Source: Methanomassiliicoccales archaeon
GTDB taxonomy: Archaea; Thermoplasmatota; Thermoplasmata; Methanomassiliicoccales; UBA472
DNA length: 64,000 nt
Direction of reading: 5' to 3'
NCBI GenBank assembly: GCA_036677555.1
Contig: JAVBWG010000008.1
Span: 5,453 to 69,452, forward strand
Below the pieces are notes generated by a model, which searched no databases, was not told where the DNA came from, and saw only the letters and a program-made list of their open reading frames with translations. Below, piece after piece: positions 18,109 to 26,767 of the stretch (position 1 is the stretch's first letter; each line of letters starts with the position of its first letter). The position numbers and the translations under genes were made by a program.

Positions 18109-19769
18109 ATGAGGGAGAAGAAGCGGAGCGCCGCGTAGATGAGGCCTATCATGGCCAGCGACATGACCGTCCTGGACGAGCCGCTGGTATGGAAGCGCCA
18201 TGCGGCCAGGGCGCCCAAGGCCGGGAACACGAGGAGGTCGGAGGCCGAATGGAAGAGGGTCAGCGGGGTGAGGGCCGCCAGGAAAATGAGCCCGGCGGCC
18301 ACCAGCACGCCCCTCTCCATGCCCAGGACGGTGTATATGGTCCGGACGCCTCCGGCCAGGTCCTCGTCGCGTCCCTCGACGTCTGTGACCATCGAGCCGA
18401 CCGCCAGGCCTGCGAACATGCAGGCCCCGACTAACAGCACCTCGGGACCGATGGATATGAGGGCGGTCTCTCCGGTAAGGTAGGGGATGGTCCCGGCATA
18501 TCCAATGACGGCGTATGGCGTCAGGGCTCCATATATGAAAGCCAGGAACGTCCCTGCGCCCATCAGCAGCGGGCTGAGCAGGGCGTTCTTGAAGCGCAGC
18601 GGGGGGAACGAATATACCAGGGACATGGCCAGGATGGCGGCCATCACCGCGAACATCTGCACGCTGAGCAGAAGCGATGCGGCGAGCGAGGTGCAGGCCA
18701 GCACGATCGAGGCCTCCTTCAGCGCGGAGACGGGGACGATACCGGACGGCAGCACCCTTCCCCTTTTTCCCGGGGAATCCCACTCCCGGTCGCTCAGATC
18801 GTTCCAGATCACGCTGGCCTGCCAGGCGAGAACGGCGGAGGTGACCGCGGGCAGCAGATACGCGAGGTTCACCCAGTAGGGACGGTCGAGTATCTTCATC
18901 ACCAGCTCAGTCCCTCCGTCCGCCCTCCAGGAGAGGGCTGCGCCCGCCAGGACGATGGCGGAGAAGAAGGCGGTCTGGCACGGTCGCAGCGCGGCAAGCT
19001 CCATCCAGAACCTGCGTCGGAGGGCTAGGAGGCTCATTACGAGCACTATCACGGCACCTGCCAGATAGTAGTATGCGAAGATGAAGAGGTGATACTGGAC
19101 ATATCTGGTGTCATCGTAGTTGGGAAAGACGGGCACGCCGCCCGAGGAACCGACGGGAAGGTAGGCGCCAGGGGTGCCAAGGATGAACATGAAGAGGACG
19201 ACGAAGAAGGCCATCAGCCCCATCCTGGCGGCCAGGAACAGCCTTCCCTGCAGGTCCGCAATATCGCCCCGGTGCTTCCAGAACACATAGGCGAAGAGGG
19301 CGAAGAGCACGATCACCACCTCCGCTCCCTGGCCCGGGTTGAAGGCCCGGCCCTGCATCTGGAAGAAGGCCGCCAAGAATTCCGTCCAGGAGAAGTAGGC
19401 GTAGTTGTGGTCCAGACCGAAAAGGAAGTGGTCCACCCAGGGCGGGATGAGCACGATCCAGTAGTACCAGTTCGTGTAGTTCATGCATTTCTTCAGACCG
19501 GTGCCGGAGAACACCTTCAACAGCAGCACAAGGCCGAGGTAGGTCAGGATGAAGAAGGCGACATGGTGGGCGATGCTGAACGCCCAGGGATGAGCGGTGC
19601 CCACGAATGCCTGGTCAAGAAGGTAGTATTCGGAGAGGTCGCGGGCCAGGGCGATCAAAAGAACATATGCGAACGTCTGCCAAAGGTTGAGGCGGTCCCG
19701 CTCCAGAAAAGCGGCCAGAGCGTCGACCTTGCTCTGGAACACATCCCAAGGCCCGCCCTCCCCCTCCAT
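18105..19769 (-). CDS. UbiA-family prenyltransferase fused to an uncharacterised ~300-aa N-terminal polytopic domain
   Basis: C-terminal half has NDLSDREWD...RVLPSG and TDVEGRDEDLAGGVRTI Asp-rich motifs. N-terminal half has ~7 predicted TM helices without a motif I recognise. Stop shares CTAG with convergent GGR gene. Confidence 0.75.
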   Translation of the reverse strand: MEGEGGPWDVFQSKVDALAAFLERDRLNLWQTFAYVLLIALARDLSEYYLLDQAFVGTAHPWAFSIAHHVAFFILTYLGLVLLLKVFSGTGLKKCMNYTNWYYWIVLIPPWVDHFLFGLDHNYAYFSWTEFLAAFFQMQGRAFNPGQGAEVVIVLFALFAYVFWKHRGDIADLQGRLFLAARMGLMAFFVVLFMFILGTPGAYLPVGSSGGVPVFPNYDDTRYVQYHLFIFAYYYLAGAVIVLVMSLLALRRRFWMELAALRPCQTAFFSAIVLAGAALSWRADGGTELVMKILDRPYWVNLAYLLPAVTSAVLAWQASVIWNDLSDREWDSPGKRGRVLPSGIVPVSALKEASIVLACTSLAASLLLSVQMFAVMAAILAMSLVYSFPPLRFKNALLSPLLMGAGTFLAFIYGALTPYAVIGYAGTIPYLTGETALISIGPEVLLVGACMFAGLAVGSMVTDVEGRDEDLAGGVRTIYTVLGMERGVLVAAGLIFLAALTPLTLFHSASDLLVFPALGALAAWRFHTSGSSRTVMSLAMIGLIYAALRFFSLI

Positions 19770-19801
19770 GCCCGATAGAACTCTTCCAGGCTATATATTG
19801 C

Positions 19802-20422
19802 CTATCTTCCCCGGCCCTCGGTCAACAGCGCCTTGACGCCGTCAGCCCGCTCCAGTTCCAGGAGCAGCAACACCCTCGAACGTCCCCCGGCCATCTCCTC
19901 GGCCGTCCTGGCCATGTGCGCCTCCCGTTCGGCGTTCAGGGCGGACAGCCCCCTCCCCCCGTTCACCTTGCGGTCGTAATCCAGAACGAAGGCTTCGGCG
20001 CTCTCCAGATTGAACCGCTTCCGGGCGATCCGATGCGAGAAGAACGATTCCTTCATCAGCTCGAACCCTCCGACAAGCTCGCAATACCTATCGGAGAAGA
20101 GATCTTCATTCATATCGATGGGAATGATCGGAACGCCCAGCTCGTCGCAGGCCTTGAGCGCTTCCAGGTAGCAGGGCGGGGGCAGCTGCACCTCCCCGAA
20201 CTCCGACAGCCCGGCCTTGTACGCCTCCTCCAGGTCGCTGAGCTCGATCTCCTCCCCCTGATAGGCGCGCAGTCCTTCCAGCTCCTCCTTGGATATGGAA
20301 ATGCCCACCGCGTCCGGCCTGATGTCCATTATCGCCGTTCGAACCTTCTCCCCGTCGCTGACCGGTCCCTTGATGACCGGGAGAACGAAGACCTGCGAAC
20401 CGTTCAGCTCAATCTCTTGCAT
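19802..20422 (-). CDS. Hypothetical protein, possibly divergent TraB/GumN-like
   Basis: 206 aa. Pattern VFVLPV...V...I....RPDAVGISIS and C-terminal EREAHMARTAEEM...VLLLLE resembles the TraB family but lacks the GTAH motif; 14-nt overlap with upstream HTH gene. Confidence 0.4.
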   Translation of the reverse strand: MQEIELNGSQVFVLPVIKGPVSDGEKVRTAIMDIRPDAVGISISKEELEGLRAYQGEEIELSDLEEAYKAGLSEFGEVQLPPPCYLEALKACDELGVPIIPIDMNEDLFSDRYCELVGGFELMKESFFSHRIARKRFNLESAEAFVLDYDRKVNGGRGLSALNAEREAHMARTAEEMAGGRSRVLLLLELERADGVKALLTEGRGR

Positions 20423-21416
20423 CCACTTCGCTCCGGGCGTTCACCATCTTGCGCAGGCGCTCCGATTCCTTTATCTTCTGCAGCTCGTCCCTTCCGATGA
20501 GCGCCGTGCCCTCGATGCTGTGCCTGGTGCGTAAACGCTCGATGAATATAACCGATTCCTTTCCGGTGATCCGCGACACGTCGGCCACCACCTTGGCCTT
20601 GTCCGCCAGCCTCGTCTCGTCCCTTCCCAGGCCGGTCAGGATCAGCAGGTCCCTGTCGACCGTCAGCGCCTCGAACGGGCACTTCTCCGTCGGCTTGACC
20701 ACCAGCCCCATCTCGGTGAGCATGGTGTATATGTTACGGGAGAACTCGTCCTGCCTGTCCATGTCCAGAGGCCTGGTCTCCTGCGCCGGCGGATGATAGC
20801 CCAGGGGGTCCACCGGGACCACTATCTGCTTGCCCAGGTACTCCTCGAGGCGGAGCGCGGCGTCTATCATGGCCCCCATGCCCGCCTCGTACATCTGGAT
20901 GGTGCGGCGGGAGACCCCGGCCACCTCCGCCAGCGTCCCGAGGCTGACGCTCCTCTCCTCCCTCAGCCGGTGCAGCAGGTCGCTGTCCAGCCGGACATAC
21001 AGGCCGCCGGGGGCGGCGAAGATGAAGGGCGGCTCATCATCGACGAGGAGGTCCTTCATCGTGGAATGGGCGATGATCGGGATGTCGAAGCGCGAGTAAA
21101 CGATGCCCTGCTCCAGGTCCCCCGATCCGGATCGCTCCCCGATGAGCATCACCGAACCGCCCAGGGCCTCGGCCAGGACCTTGAGCTCCTCGGCGTTCTC
21201 CTTGGAGAAGGCGTCGATGTTGGTGAGCACCTTCACCAGAAGCAGGCTGCGGTCCCTGCGGGCGACGATGTCGAAGGCTATGCTCCTCAGCTTCAAGGGC
21301 ATGGAGGCATGAAAGCCCGAGCGGAGCAGAAGCTCCCGCACCGACCGTATCAGCTCGTCGCGCTGCACGGCCTGTAATTCGCTACAGCTTCTATATAAGG
21401 ATTGGTAAAAAAGCAC
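20409..21416 (-). CDS. Conserved euryarchaeal putative HTH-type transcriptional regulator (COG1395, MJ1164-like)
   Basis: 335 aa. Central XRE-type HTH SLGTLAEVAGVSRRTIQMYEAG flanked by N- and C-terminal domains, as in that family. Confidence 0.75.
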   Translation of the reverse strand: MLFYQSLYRSCSELQAVQRDELIRSVRELLLRSGFHASMPLKLRSIAFDIVARRDRSLLLVKVLTNIDAFSKENAEELKVLAEALGGSVMLIGERSGSGDLEQGIVYSRFDIPIIAHSTMKDLLVDDEPPFIFAAPGGLYVRLDSDLLHRLREERSVSLGTLAEVAGVSRRTIQMYEAGMGAMIDAALRLEEYLGKQIVVPVDPLGYHPPAQETRPLDMDRQDEFSRNIYTMLTEMGLVVKPTEKCPFEALTVDRDLLILTGLGRDETRLADKAKVVADVSRITGKESVIFIERLRTRHSIEGTALIGRDELQKIKESERLRKMVNARSEVDARD

Positions 21417-21434
21417 GGGGGCCAGGCCCCCGGT

Positions 21435-21935
21435 TCAGTTTATCTCTATCCTTTTCCCCCTCGGTCGGTCCGCCTTGTCCATGAGCACCGTGAGCACTCC
21501 GTTGCGGTATTCGGCCGATGCGCTGTCCGGACGGACGTCGCAGGGCAGTTCCATGCTTTTGCAGAACCGCTTGCGCTCCGTGTCCACGGATATGGTCAGC
21601 TCGCGCCCCTCGGAACGCAGGTCGATATCCTGCCTGTCCACGCCAGGCAGCTCGACGATCACCTTGACCCTGTCGCCCTCCTCCGTCACATCGGTCAGAG
21701 GCTCCCGGCAGCTGCTATCGGGAGGGCCGCTCCTGGGCACGTTCCCGAACTCCTGCACCACCGGGCGCCCGTCCGGACCGGCGCGCATGGAGAAACCGTA
21801 CACCAGCGGGTCGCCGCCGGTCCCGCGCATGGCCGCCTCCATCAATCGGTCCATGCGCTCCCTCATCACGTCGAACTCCTCGTCAAAGGAACGGAACATG
21901 TTGTTCCAATCATCGTCACGCCTCGCTCTCCTCAT
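21435..21935 (-). CDS. hsp20: Small heat-shock protein (Hsp20/alpha-crystallin)
   Basis: Alpha-crystallin domain VKVIVELPGVDRQDIDL...AEYRNGVLTVLM; starts 4 nt after cdc48 stop. Confidence 0.9.
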   Translation of the reverse strand: MRRARRDDDWNNMFRSFDEEFDVMRERMDRLMEAAMRGTGGDPLVYGFSMRAGPDGRPVVQEFGNVPRSGPPDSSCREPLTDVTEEGDRVKVIVELPGVDRQDIDLRSEGRELTISVDTERKRFCKSMELPCDVRPDSASAEYRNGVLTVLMDKADRPRGKRIEIN

Positions 21936-21939
21936 GCCA

Positions 21940-24123
21940 TCACCTCACGTACTCGAAATCCTTGGCTATCTTCTGGAACCTGTCCAGCTCCTGAAGGGAG
22001 ATGGGGCGGTGCCTCTCCACCGCGTCCATCACGTGCTTCATGTTCACCTTCGTGTCCTTCATCGCCTCGGGGTCCTCCCCCTTGCCGGAGGCCACCGCCT
22101 CGCGTATGGCGGTCATGACCGCCTCGTTGGCTATGGCCGCCAGATCCGCCCCGGTGTAACCGTCGGTCTTCAGGGCCGCCTGGTCCAGGTCCACGTCGTC
22201 CGCCAGCGGCTTACGCTTGAAGTGTACCCGCAGGATGGCCTTCCTGGTCTCCAGGTCCGGAGCGCCCACCTGTATCATCCGGTCGAAACGGCCGGGCCGC
22301 AGCAGTGCCGGATCGATTATGTCCGGGCGGTTGGTGGCGGCGATCACCACCACGTTGTGCAATGATTCCAGCCCGTCCAGCTCCGTGAGCAGTTGGGAGA
22401 TCACCCGCTCCGTCACATGGGAGTCGGAATCCCCGCCCCGCGTGGGCGCTATGGAATCGATCTCGTCCATGAAGATGATGCACGGCGCGGCCTGCCTCGC
22501 CTTGCGGAACGTCTCCCGGACCGCCTTCTCGCTCTCGCCCACCCATTTGCTCAGGAACTCCGGCCCCTTGATGCTTATGAAGTTGCTTTCCGACTCGGTC
22601 GCCACCGCCTTGGCCAGCATGGTCTTCCCGGTGCCCGGGGGGCCGTAGAGCAGCACACCCTTCGGCGGTTCGGCGCTCATGTGCTCGAACAGCCCCGCGT
22701 ACTTCAGAGGCCATTCCACGGCCTCCTTGAGCTCGGCCTTGACGCTCTCCAGGCCCCCTATGTCGTCCCAGTGCAGGTTGGGCGATTCTATGAGCACCTC
22801 GCGCATGCTGGACGGGGACATCTCCCGGAGCGCCGCGAAGAAGTCGTCCTTCTGCACGTTTATGCGGTTCAGCACCTCCATGGGGATGGTGTCCGCCTCC
22901 AGGTCCAGGTCCGGCAGTATGCGCCGCAGGGAATGCATGGCCGCCTCCTTGCTCAGCGCGGCCAGGTCCGCCCCGGCGTAGCCGTGCGTGAGATCGGCCA
23001 AGCGCTCCAGGTCCACGTCTTCCGACAGCGGCATGCCCCGGGTGTGGATCTGCAAGATGTCCAGACGCCCTCCCCGATTGGGTATGTTGATCTCTATCTC
23101 GCGGTCAAAGCGTCCCGGGCGGCGCAGCGCCGGATCGAGGGCGTTCGGGCGGTTCGTGGCGCCGATGACCACCACCTTGCCGCGGCTCTCCAGCCCGTCC
23201 ATTAGGGCCAGCAGCTGGGCCACGATGCGCCTTTCCATCTCCCCGGACACCTCGTCCCTCTTGGGGGCGATGGAATCGATCTCGTCGATGAATATGATGG
23301 ACGGGGCGTTCTCCTCGGCCTGCTTGAATATCTCCCTCAGCCGTTCCTCGCTCTCGCCGTAGAACTTGCTCATGATCTCTGGCCCGCCGATGGACACGAA
23401 GTTGGCGCTCGTCTCCCCGGCCACCGCCTTCGCCAGCAGCGTCTTGCCGGTTCCAGGCGGCCCGTGCAGCAGAACGCCCTTCGGCGCCTCCACGCCCAGC
23501 CGTTCGAAAAGCTCCGGATGGCGCAGCGGCAGCTCGATCATCTCCCTGACCTTCTTCACCTCGTCGCCGAGACCGCCTATGTCCTCGTAGGTGACCTTGG
23601 GAATGCCGGACGGAGCCTCCTTGACCGGCTTTTCGCTCAGCTTGATCTCCGTGTCGCCGGTGAGAAGGACCGCATCGGTGCTGGGGGAATGGGACATGAC
23701 CACCAGGTCTATGCGCCTGCCCATGACGTTCAGCTCCACTATGTCGCCGCGGGAGAACACCCGCCCCTCCATCATCTGGGCGAGATACTCCTCCCCTCCC
23801 ATGATGCGCAACTCCTCCGTAGGCGCGAACGCTATCTTCTGGGCCGGCTTCACCGACACCTTGCGTATAGCCACCTTCTCGTCGATGCTGGTCTGGGCGT
23901 TGCGCCTCAGGGTCCCGTCTATTCTTATGACGCCCCGATTGGCATCCTCGTTGTAACCGGGCCAGACCAGGGCCACGGTCTTCTTCTTCCCCTCGATCTG
24001 GACCACGTCGCCGGCATTCAGTCCCAATGCCTCCATCACCGCCGGGTCCACTCTGGCTATCCCTCGTCCAGCGTCCTTGGATTTGGCCTCGGACACCTTC
24101 AATACCTTATCAGATGCGCTCAT
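21940..24123 (-). CDS. cdc48: CDC48/VCP-type AAA+ ATPase
   Basis: 727 aa. N-domain ([15 protein letters not shown]) plus two AAA modules with Walker A GPPGTGKT twice and Walker B IIFIDEID / IIFMDEID. Confidence 0.95.
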   Translation of the reverse strand: MSASDKVLKVSEAKSKDAGRGIARVDPAVMEALGLNAGDVVQIEGKKKTVALVWPGYNEDANRGVIRIDGTLRRNAQTSIDEKVAIRKVSVKPAQKIAFAPTEELRIMGGEEYLAQMMEGRVFSRGDIVELNVMGRRIDLVVMSHSPSTDAVLLTGDTEIKLSEKPVKEAPSGIPKVTYEDIGGLGDEVKKVREMIELPLRHPELFERLGVEAPKGVLLHGPPGTGKTLLAKAVAGETSANFVSIGGPEIMSKFYGESEERLREIFKQAEENAPSIIFIDEIDSIAPKRDEVSGEMERRIVAQLLALMDGLESRGKVVVIGATNRPNALDPALRRPGRFDREIEINIPNRGGRLDILQIHTRGMPLSEDVDLERLADLTHGYAGADLAALSKEAAMHSLRRILPDLDLEADTIPMEVLNRINVQKDDFFAALREMSPSSMREVLIESPNLHWDDIGGLESVKAELKEAVEWPLKYAGLFEHMSAEPPKGVLLYGPPGTGKTMLAKAVATESESNFISIKGPEFLSKWVGESEKAVRETFRKARQAAPCIIFMDEIDSIAPTRGGDSDSHVTERVISQLLTELDGLESLHNVVVIAATNRPDIIDPALLRPGRFDRMIQVGAPDLETRKAILRVHFKRKPLADDVDLDQAALKTDGYTGADLAAIANEAVMTAIREAVASGKGEDPEAMKDTKVNMKHVMDAVERHRPISLQELDRFQKIAKDFEYVR

Positions 24124-24154
24124 CTCTTTTCACTCCCAGATAGCGGGGCGGAGA

Positions 24155-24643
24155 TCACTCCACCTCGATCCTTTTCCTGTTCTCCGCTTCCGCGGTCATC
24201 TTGGGCAGGGAGATCTCCAGCACTCCGTTCTCCAGCTTCGCCCTGATCCTCTCCCGGTCCACGTTCTCGGGAAGGCGGATCTGGCGGTGGAAGCGCAGGC
24301 TCCCCCTCTCCCGGCGGAGGTATCCCTCCCTCCTCTCCTCGCTCTCCTGGTCCCTTTGGGCGGTCATCCTGAGCAGGTCCCCATCGGTCTCGATGGTCAC
24401 ATCCTCCTTGGCCATCCCCGGGAGCTCGGCCTGCACCAGGTAGCGGTCGTCCTCCTCCCTCAGGTCCACGTTGGGCATCCGGGCGCCCTCCCTGCGGTAA
24501 AATTCATTTCCAGGCAGGACGAGACCCATGCGCATGTCGTTCATGATCCTCTCCATCTCCTCGAACAGGGAGACGGGGCTCCAGGTCCAGATCCGGGGAG
24601 CAAGTTCCGCCGGTTCCCTTTCGGTTCCTGTCATCTCGTTCAC
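24155..24643 (-). CDS. hsp20: Small heat-shock protein (Hsp20/alpha-crystallin)
   Basis: YLVQAELPGMAKEDVTIE...AKLENGVLEISLPK. Track start is GTG 24643; ATG 24634 has better SD (AGGTGA). 31 nt upstream of cdc48. Confidence 0.9.
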   Translation of the reverse strand: MNEMTGTEREPAELAPRIWTWSPVSLFEEMERIMNDMRMGLVLPGNEFYRREGARMPNVDLREEDDRYLVQAELPGMAKEDVTIETDGDLLRMTAQRDQESEERREGYLRRERGSLRFHRQIRLPENVDRERIRAKLENGVLEISLPKMTAEAENRKRIEVE

Positions 24644-24660
24644 CTCTGTACATATTAACC

Positions 24661-24677
24661 GAGAGTTGTATACTCTC
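24661..24677. promoter_or_regulatory. Palindrome GAGAGT-N5-ACTCTC between TATA box and hsp20 start (candidate operator)
   Basis: GAGAGTTGTATACTCTC read directly. Lies ~30 nt downstream of the TATATATA at 24705-24712 on the transcribed (minus) strand, i.e. around the expected TSS. Confidence 0.4.
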
Positions 24678-24704
24678 AGTAGATTACATTAGTGTTAGTG
24701 CTTC

Positions 24705-24712
24705 TATATATA
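24705..24712 (-). promoter_or_regulatory. TATA box of the hsp20-cdc48-hsp20 operon
   Basis: Minus-strand GAGAAATAAG-TATATATA-G (purine-rich BRE-like then TATA), ~70 nt upstream of the hsp20 start. Confidence 0.5.
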
Positions 24713-24713
24713 C

Positions 24714-25031
24714 TTATTTCTCCAAGCGGTTGAGTTCGCTCTCCACCCTGGCCGCAGCTTCATTGAATCTTTTCCACAGCAGGTCCATTTCCCGGCGCAG
24801 ATCTGGCGCGCCCTTCTGCAGGTCCTTCTCCAGTCTCAGCAGCGCGTCCTCGGCCTCCTTGCCGCCCTTCTTGGCGTTGACCATCGTGTCGTCCAGGACA
24901 TCCCGTCCCAGGCGGTCCAGGTCGCGGGCCGCCGCACGCATGGCCTTTTCCAGGTCCTCTCCAACCCTGCGCACCTCTTTCAGGTATCGCTCAAGCTCGC
25001 TCGTCATCCGTCTCATCCTCCATCGAACCAA
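24714..25031 (-). CDS. Small coiled-coil protein of unknown function
   Basis: 105 aa (likely start MTSELERY at 25007). Heptad-like charged helices; overlaps the 3' end of the upstream wHTH gene (17-41 nt). Confidence 0.55.
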   Translation of the reverse strand: MVRWRMRRMTSELERYLKEVRRVGEDLEKAMRAAARDLDRLGRDVLDDTMVNAKKGGKEAEDALLRLEKDLQKGAPDLRREMDLLWKRFNEAAARVESELNRLEK

Positions 25032-25614
25032 TCACGTCCTCCACCGCATCGTCCCTGAGCCCCAGTCCGCGGGCCAGCTGCCTGGCGTCCATGTGCGGAT
25101 GCTGGATGTACTCATAGGCGATCCTGCGGCTGTGATAGTCAGGGAACGAGGCGTCCACCGCCCGCCCCGCCTCTTCCAAAATCCTTTCCTTCTCCGTTAT
25201 GAGCTCGGCGCGCCGTTCCTTTATGCGCTCCAGCTCCTGGTCTATCTCCCGCAGCTCCTTCCGCAGGTCCAACAGCTTCCTTCCCTCGCCCCCCCTCTCC
25301 GAGGTCTGCTCCTCAAAGGGCCGGGTGGCCACCTCGGTGTTGAACAGGCCGGGGCCGATGTCCACCACCATGGTGAAACCCGTGGTGGGGAAATATCTCC
25401 GTCTGGAAGGCCCGCCTTGATCGCTATCCTCCAGGAAGGACCGCACCAGGTCCAGCTCCTCCAGCATCCTCAGGTGCTTCATTATCCCCTGCTGGCTCAA
25501 TCCCAGCTCCCGGGAGAGCTGCAAAGGATAGTGCGGTTCGCGCACCAGGGCCTCCAGTATCCTCCGGCGGGTGGGGTTCTCGATGACCGATAGCAGCACG
25601 TCAAGCTCGTCCAT
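24991..25614 (-). CDS. Winged-helix (ArsR/Phr-like) transcriptional regulator with C-terminal coiled coil
   Basis: N-terminal IENPTRRRILEALVREPHYPLQLSRELGLSQQGIMKHLRMLEELDLV. C-terminal LLDLRKELREIDQELERIKERRAELITEKERILEE. 207 aa, same size class and architecture as the Pyrococcus heat-shock regulator Phr. Confidence 0.75.
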   Translation of the reverse strand: MDELDVLLSVIENPTRRRILEALVREPHYPLQLSRELGLSQQGIMKHLRMLEELDLVRSFLEDSDQGGPSRRRYFPTTGFTMVVDIGPGLFNTEVATRPFEEQTSERGGEGRKLLDLRKELREIDQELERIKERRAELITEKERILEEAGRAVDASFPDYHSRRIAYEYIQHPHMDARQLARGLGLRDDAVEDVIGSMEDETDDERA

Positions 25615-25622
25615 GTTCCACC

Positions 25623-25664
25623 AACTATTGAACTATAGGTTAACATCTATTATTTGTGAACTAT
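25623..25664. promoter_or_regulatory. AACTAT repeats in the AT-rich divergent promoter region (wHTH regulator / endA)
   Basis: AACTAT at 25623, 25631 and 25659 (AACTATTGAACTATAGGTTAAC...GTGAACTATTAG), directly upstream of the regulator start (25614). Confidence 0.3.
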
Positions 25665-25723
25665 TAGTATTTAATTAATTCGCAGGCAGGGAATCTTTAA
25701 CTAACGGACATCGTTCAAGTGGC

Positions 25724-26767
25724 ATGGCGGGCGAACTGCTGGGAGAGGGGGTTGTCATATCTGACATGGCCGAGGGCAGTCAGGTCTACAACAAGGGCTA
25801 TTACGGCTATCCCCGGCCTGGCGGCGGATTGGACCTCGACCTGCTGGAAGCGCTTTTCCTGGTGGAATGCGACAAGCTGCAGGTCGTTCAGAACGGCAGG
25901 CCGATGGACCACGCCTCGCTGTACCGGCGCGCCGCCCGGTCCGTCGATGATCTCCAGTCCCGCTACATCGTCTATCGGGACCTGAGGCAGCGCGGATACA
26001 TAGTCAAGCTGGACCAGGGGGACTTCCATTTCCGGGTGTACCAGAGGGGCTCGTCCCCTCACAACTCCCAGGCCAAGAACTGGGTGCTGGCGATCTCGGA
26101 GAGGGATGTGTTCAACATCGCGGCGCTGCTCGAAAAGAGCGAGACATCGCAGCGCACCCGCAAGGACCTCCTGCTAGGGGTGGTGGACGAGGAGGGCGAC
26201 ATCACCTATTACACGGTGGAGGGGGCTGAGCCGCGCGGTCTGACGGAGGAGGCCCCGACCAAGGCCGAGGGCTCGCTGCTTGACGATTCGGTGATCGTGC
26301 TGGGCGAGGATGCCGACCGGCTGTATGAGAACGGCTTCTACGGCAAGAAGATAGGGCCGATGCTTCAGCTGTCATTGCTGGAGACGGCGTACCTCATGGA
26401 GAAAGGCCGCCTGGAGGTGCGTTCCATCCGCTCCGGCCAGAAGATGGGCGACAAGGGTTTCCTGACCAACGCCAGAAGGTCCCAGCCCGATTTCGATATG
26501 CGCATGAAAGCATACCAGGACCTGCGCTCCCGCGGGATGGTGGTCAAGACCGGCTTCAAGTACGGTACCCACTTCCGGGTGTACGAGGGGAACCCCTCAA
26601 AACATCACTCCCGATACCTGGTGCATGTGGTCCCGGACGATTATTCCACGGTCTGGGCCGAAATATCCCGGGCGGTGCGTCTTGCCCATGGGGTGAAAAA
26701 GGAGATACTGTTCGCCAGCTCCGGCGAACAGCTCAGCTACGTGAAGTTGACCCGGGTGCGGCCTTAG
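25724..26767 (+). CDS. endA: tRNA-splicing endonuclease, duplicated (two-unit) form
   Basis: 347 aa. C-terminal catalytic unit GFKYGTHFRVYEG...HSRYLVHVV and a degenerate N-terminal repeat (YRDLRQRGYIVK...FHFRVY). Confidence 0.9.
   Translation: MAGELLGEGVVISDMAEGSQVYNKGYYGYPRPGGGLDLDLLEALFLVECDKLQVVQNGRPMDHASLYRRAARSVDDLQSRYIVYRDLRQRGYIVKLDQGDFHFRVYQRGSSPHNSQAKNWVLAISERDVFNIAALLEKSETSQRTRKDLLLGVVDEEGDITYYTVEGAEPRGLTEEAPTKAEGSLLDDSVIVLGEDADRLYENGFYGKKIGPMLQLSLLETAYLMEKGRLEVRSIRSGQKMGDKGFLTNARRSQPDFDMRMKAYQDLRSRGMVVKTGFKYGTHFRVYEGNPSKHHSRYLVHVVPDDYSTVWAEISRAVRLAHGVKKEILFASSGEQLSYVKLTRVRP

Noticed and set aside
16816-18783. 290-aa and 332-aa minus-strand ORFs, plus several plus-strand ORFs, overlapping the GGR and UbiA genes
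   Set aside because: They are alternate-frame shadows. The called frames carry FAD-binding and UbiA Asp-rich motifs; the shadows are Arg/Gly/Pro-rich.
21475-24658. Plus-strand ORFs of 296, 270, 260, 193 aa and others opposite hsp20/cdc48
   Set aside because: They are antisense to an unambiguous Cdc48 and two alpha-crystallin genes, and their composition is low-complexity.
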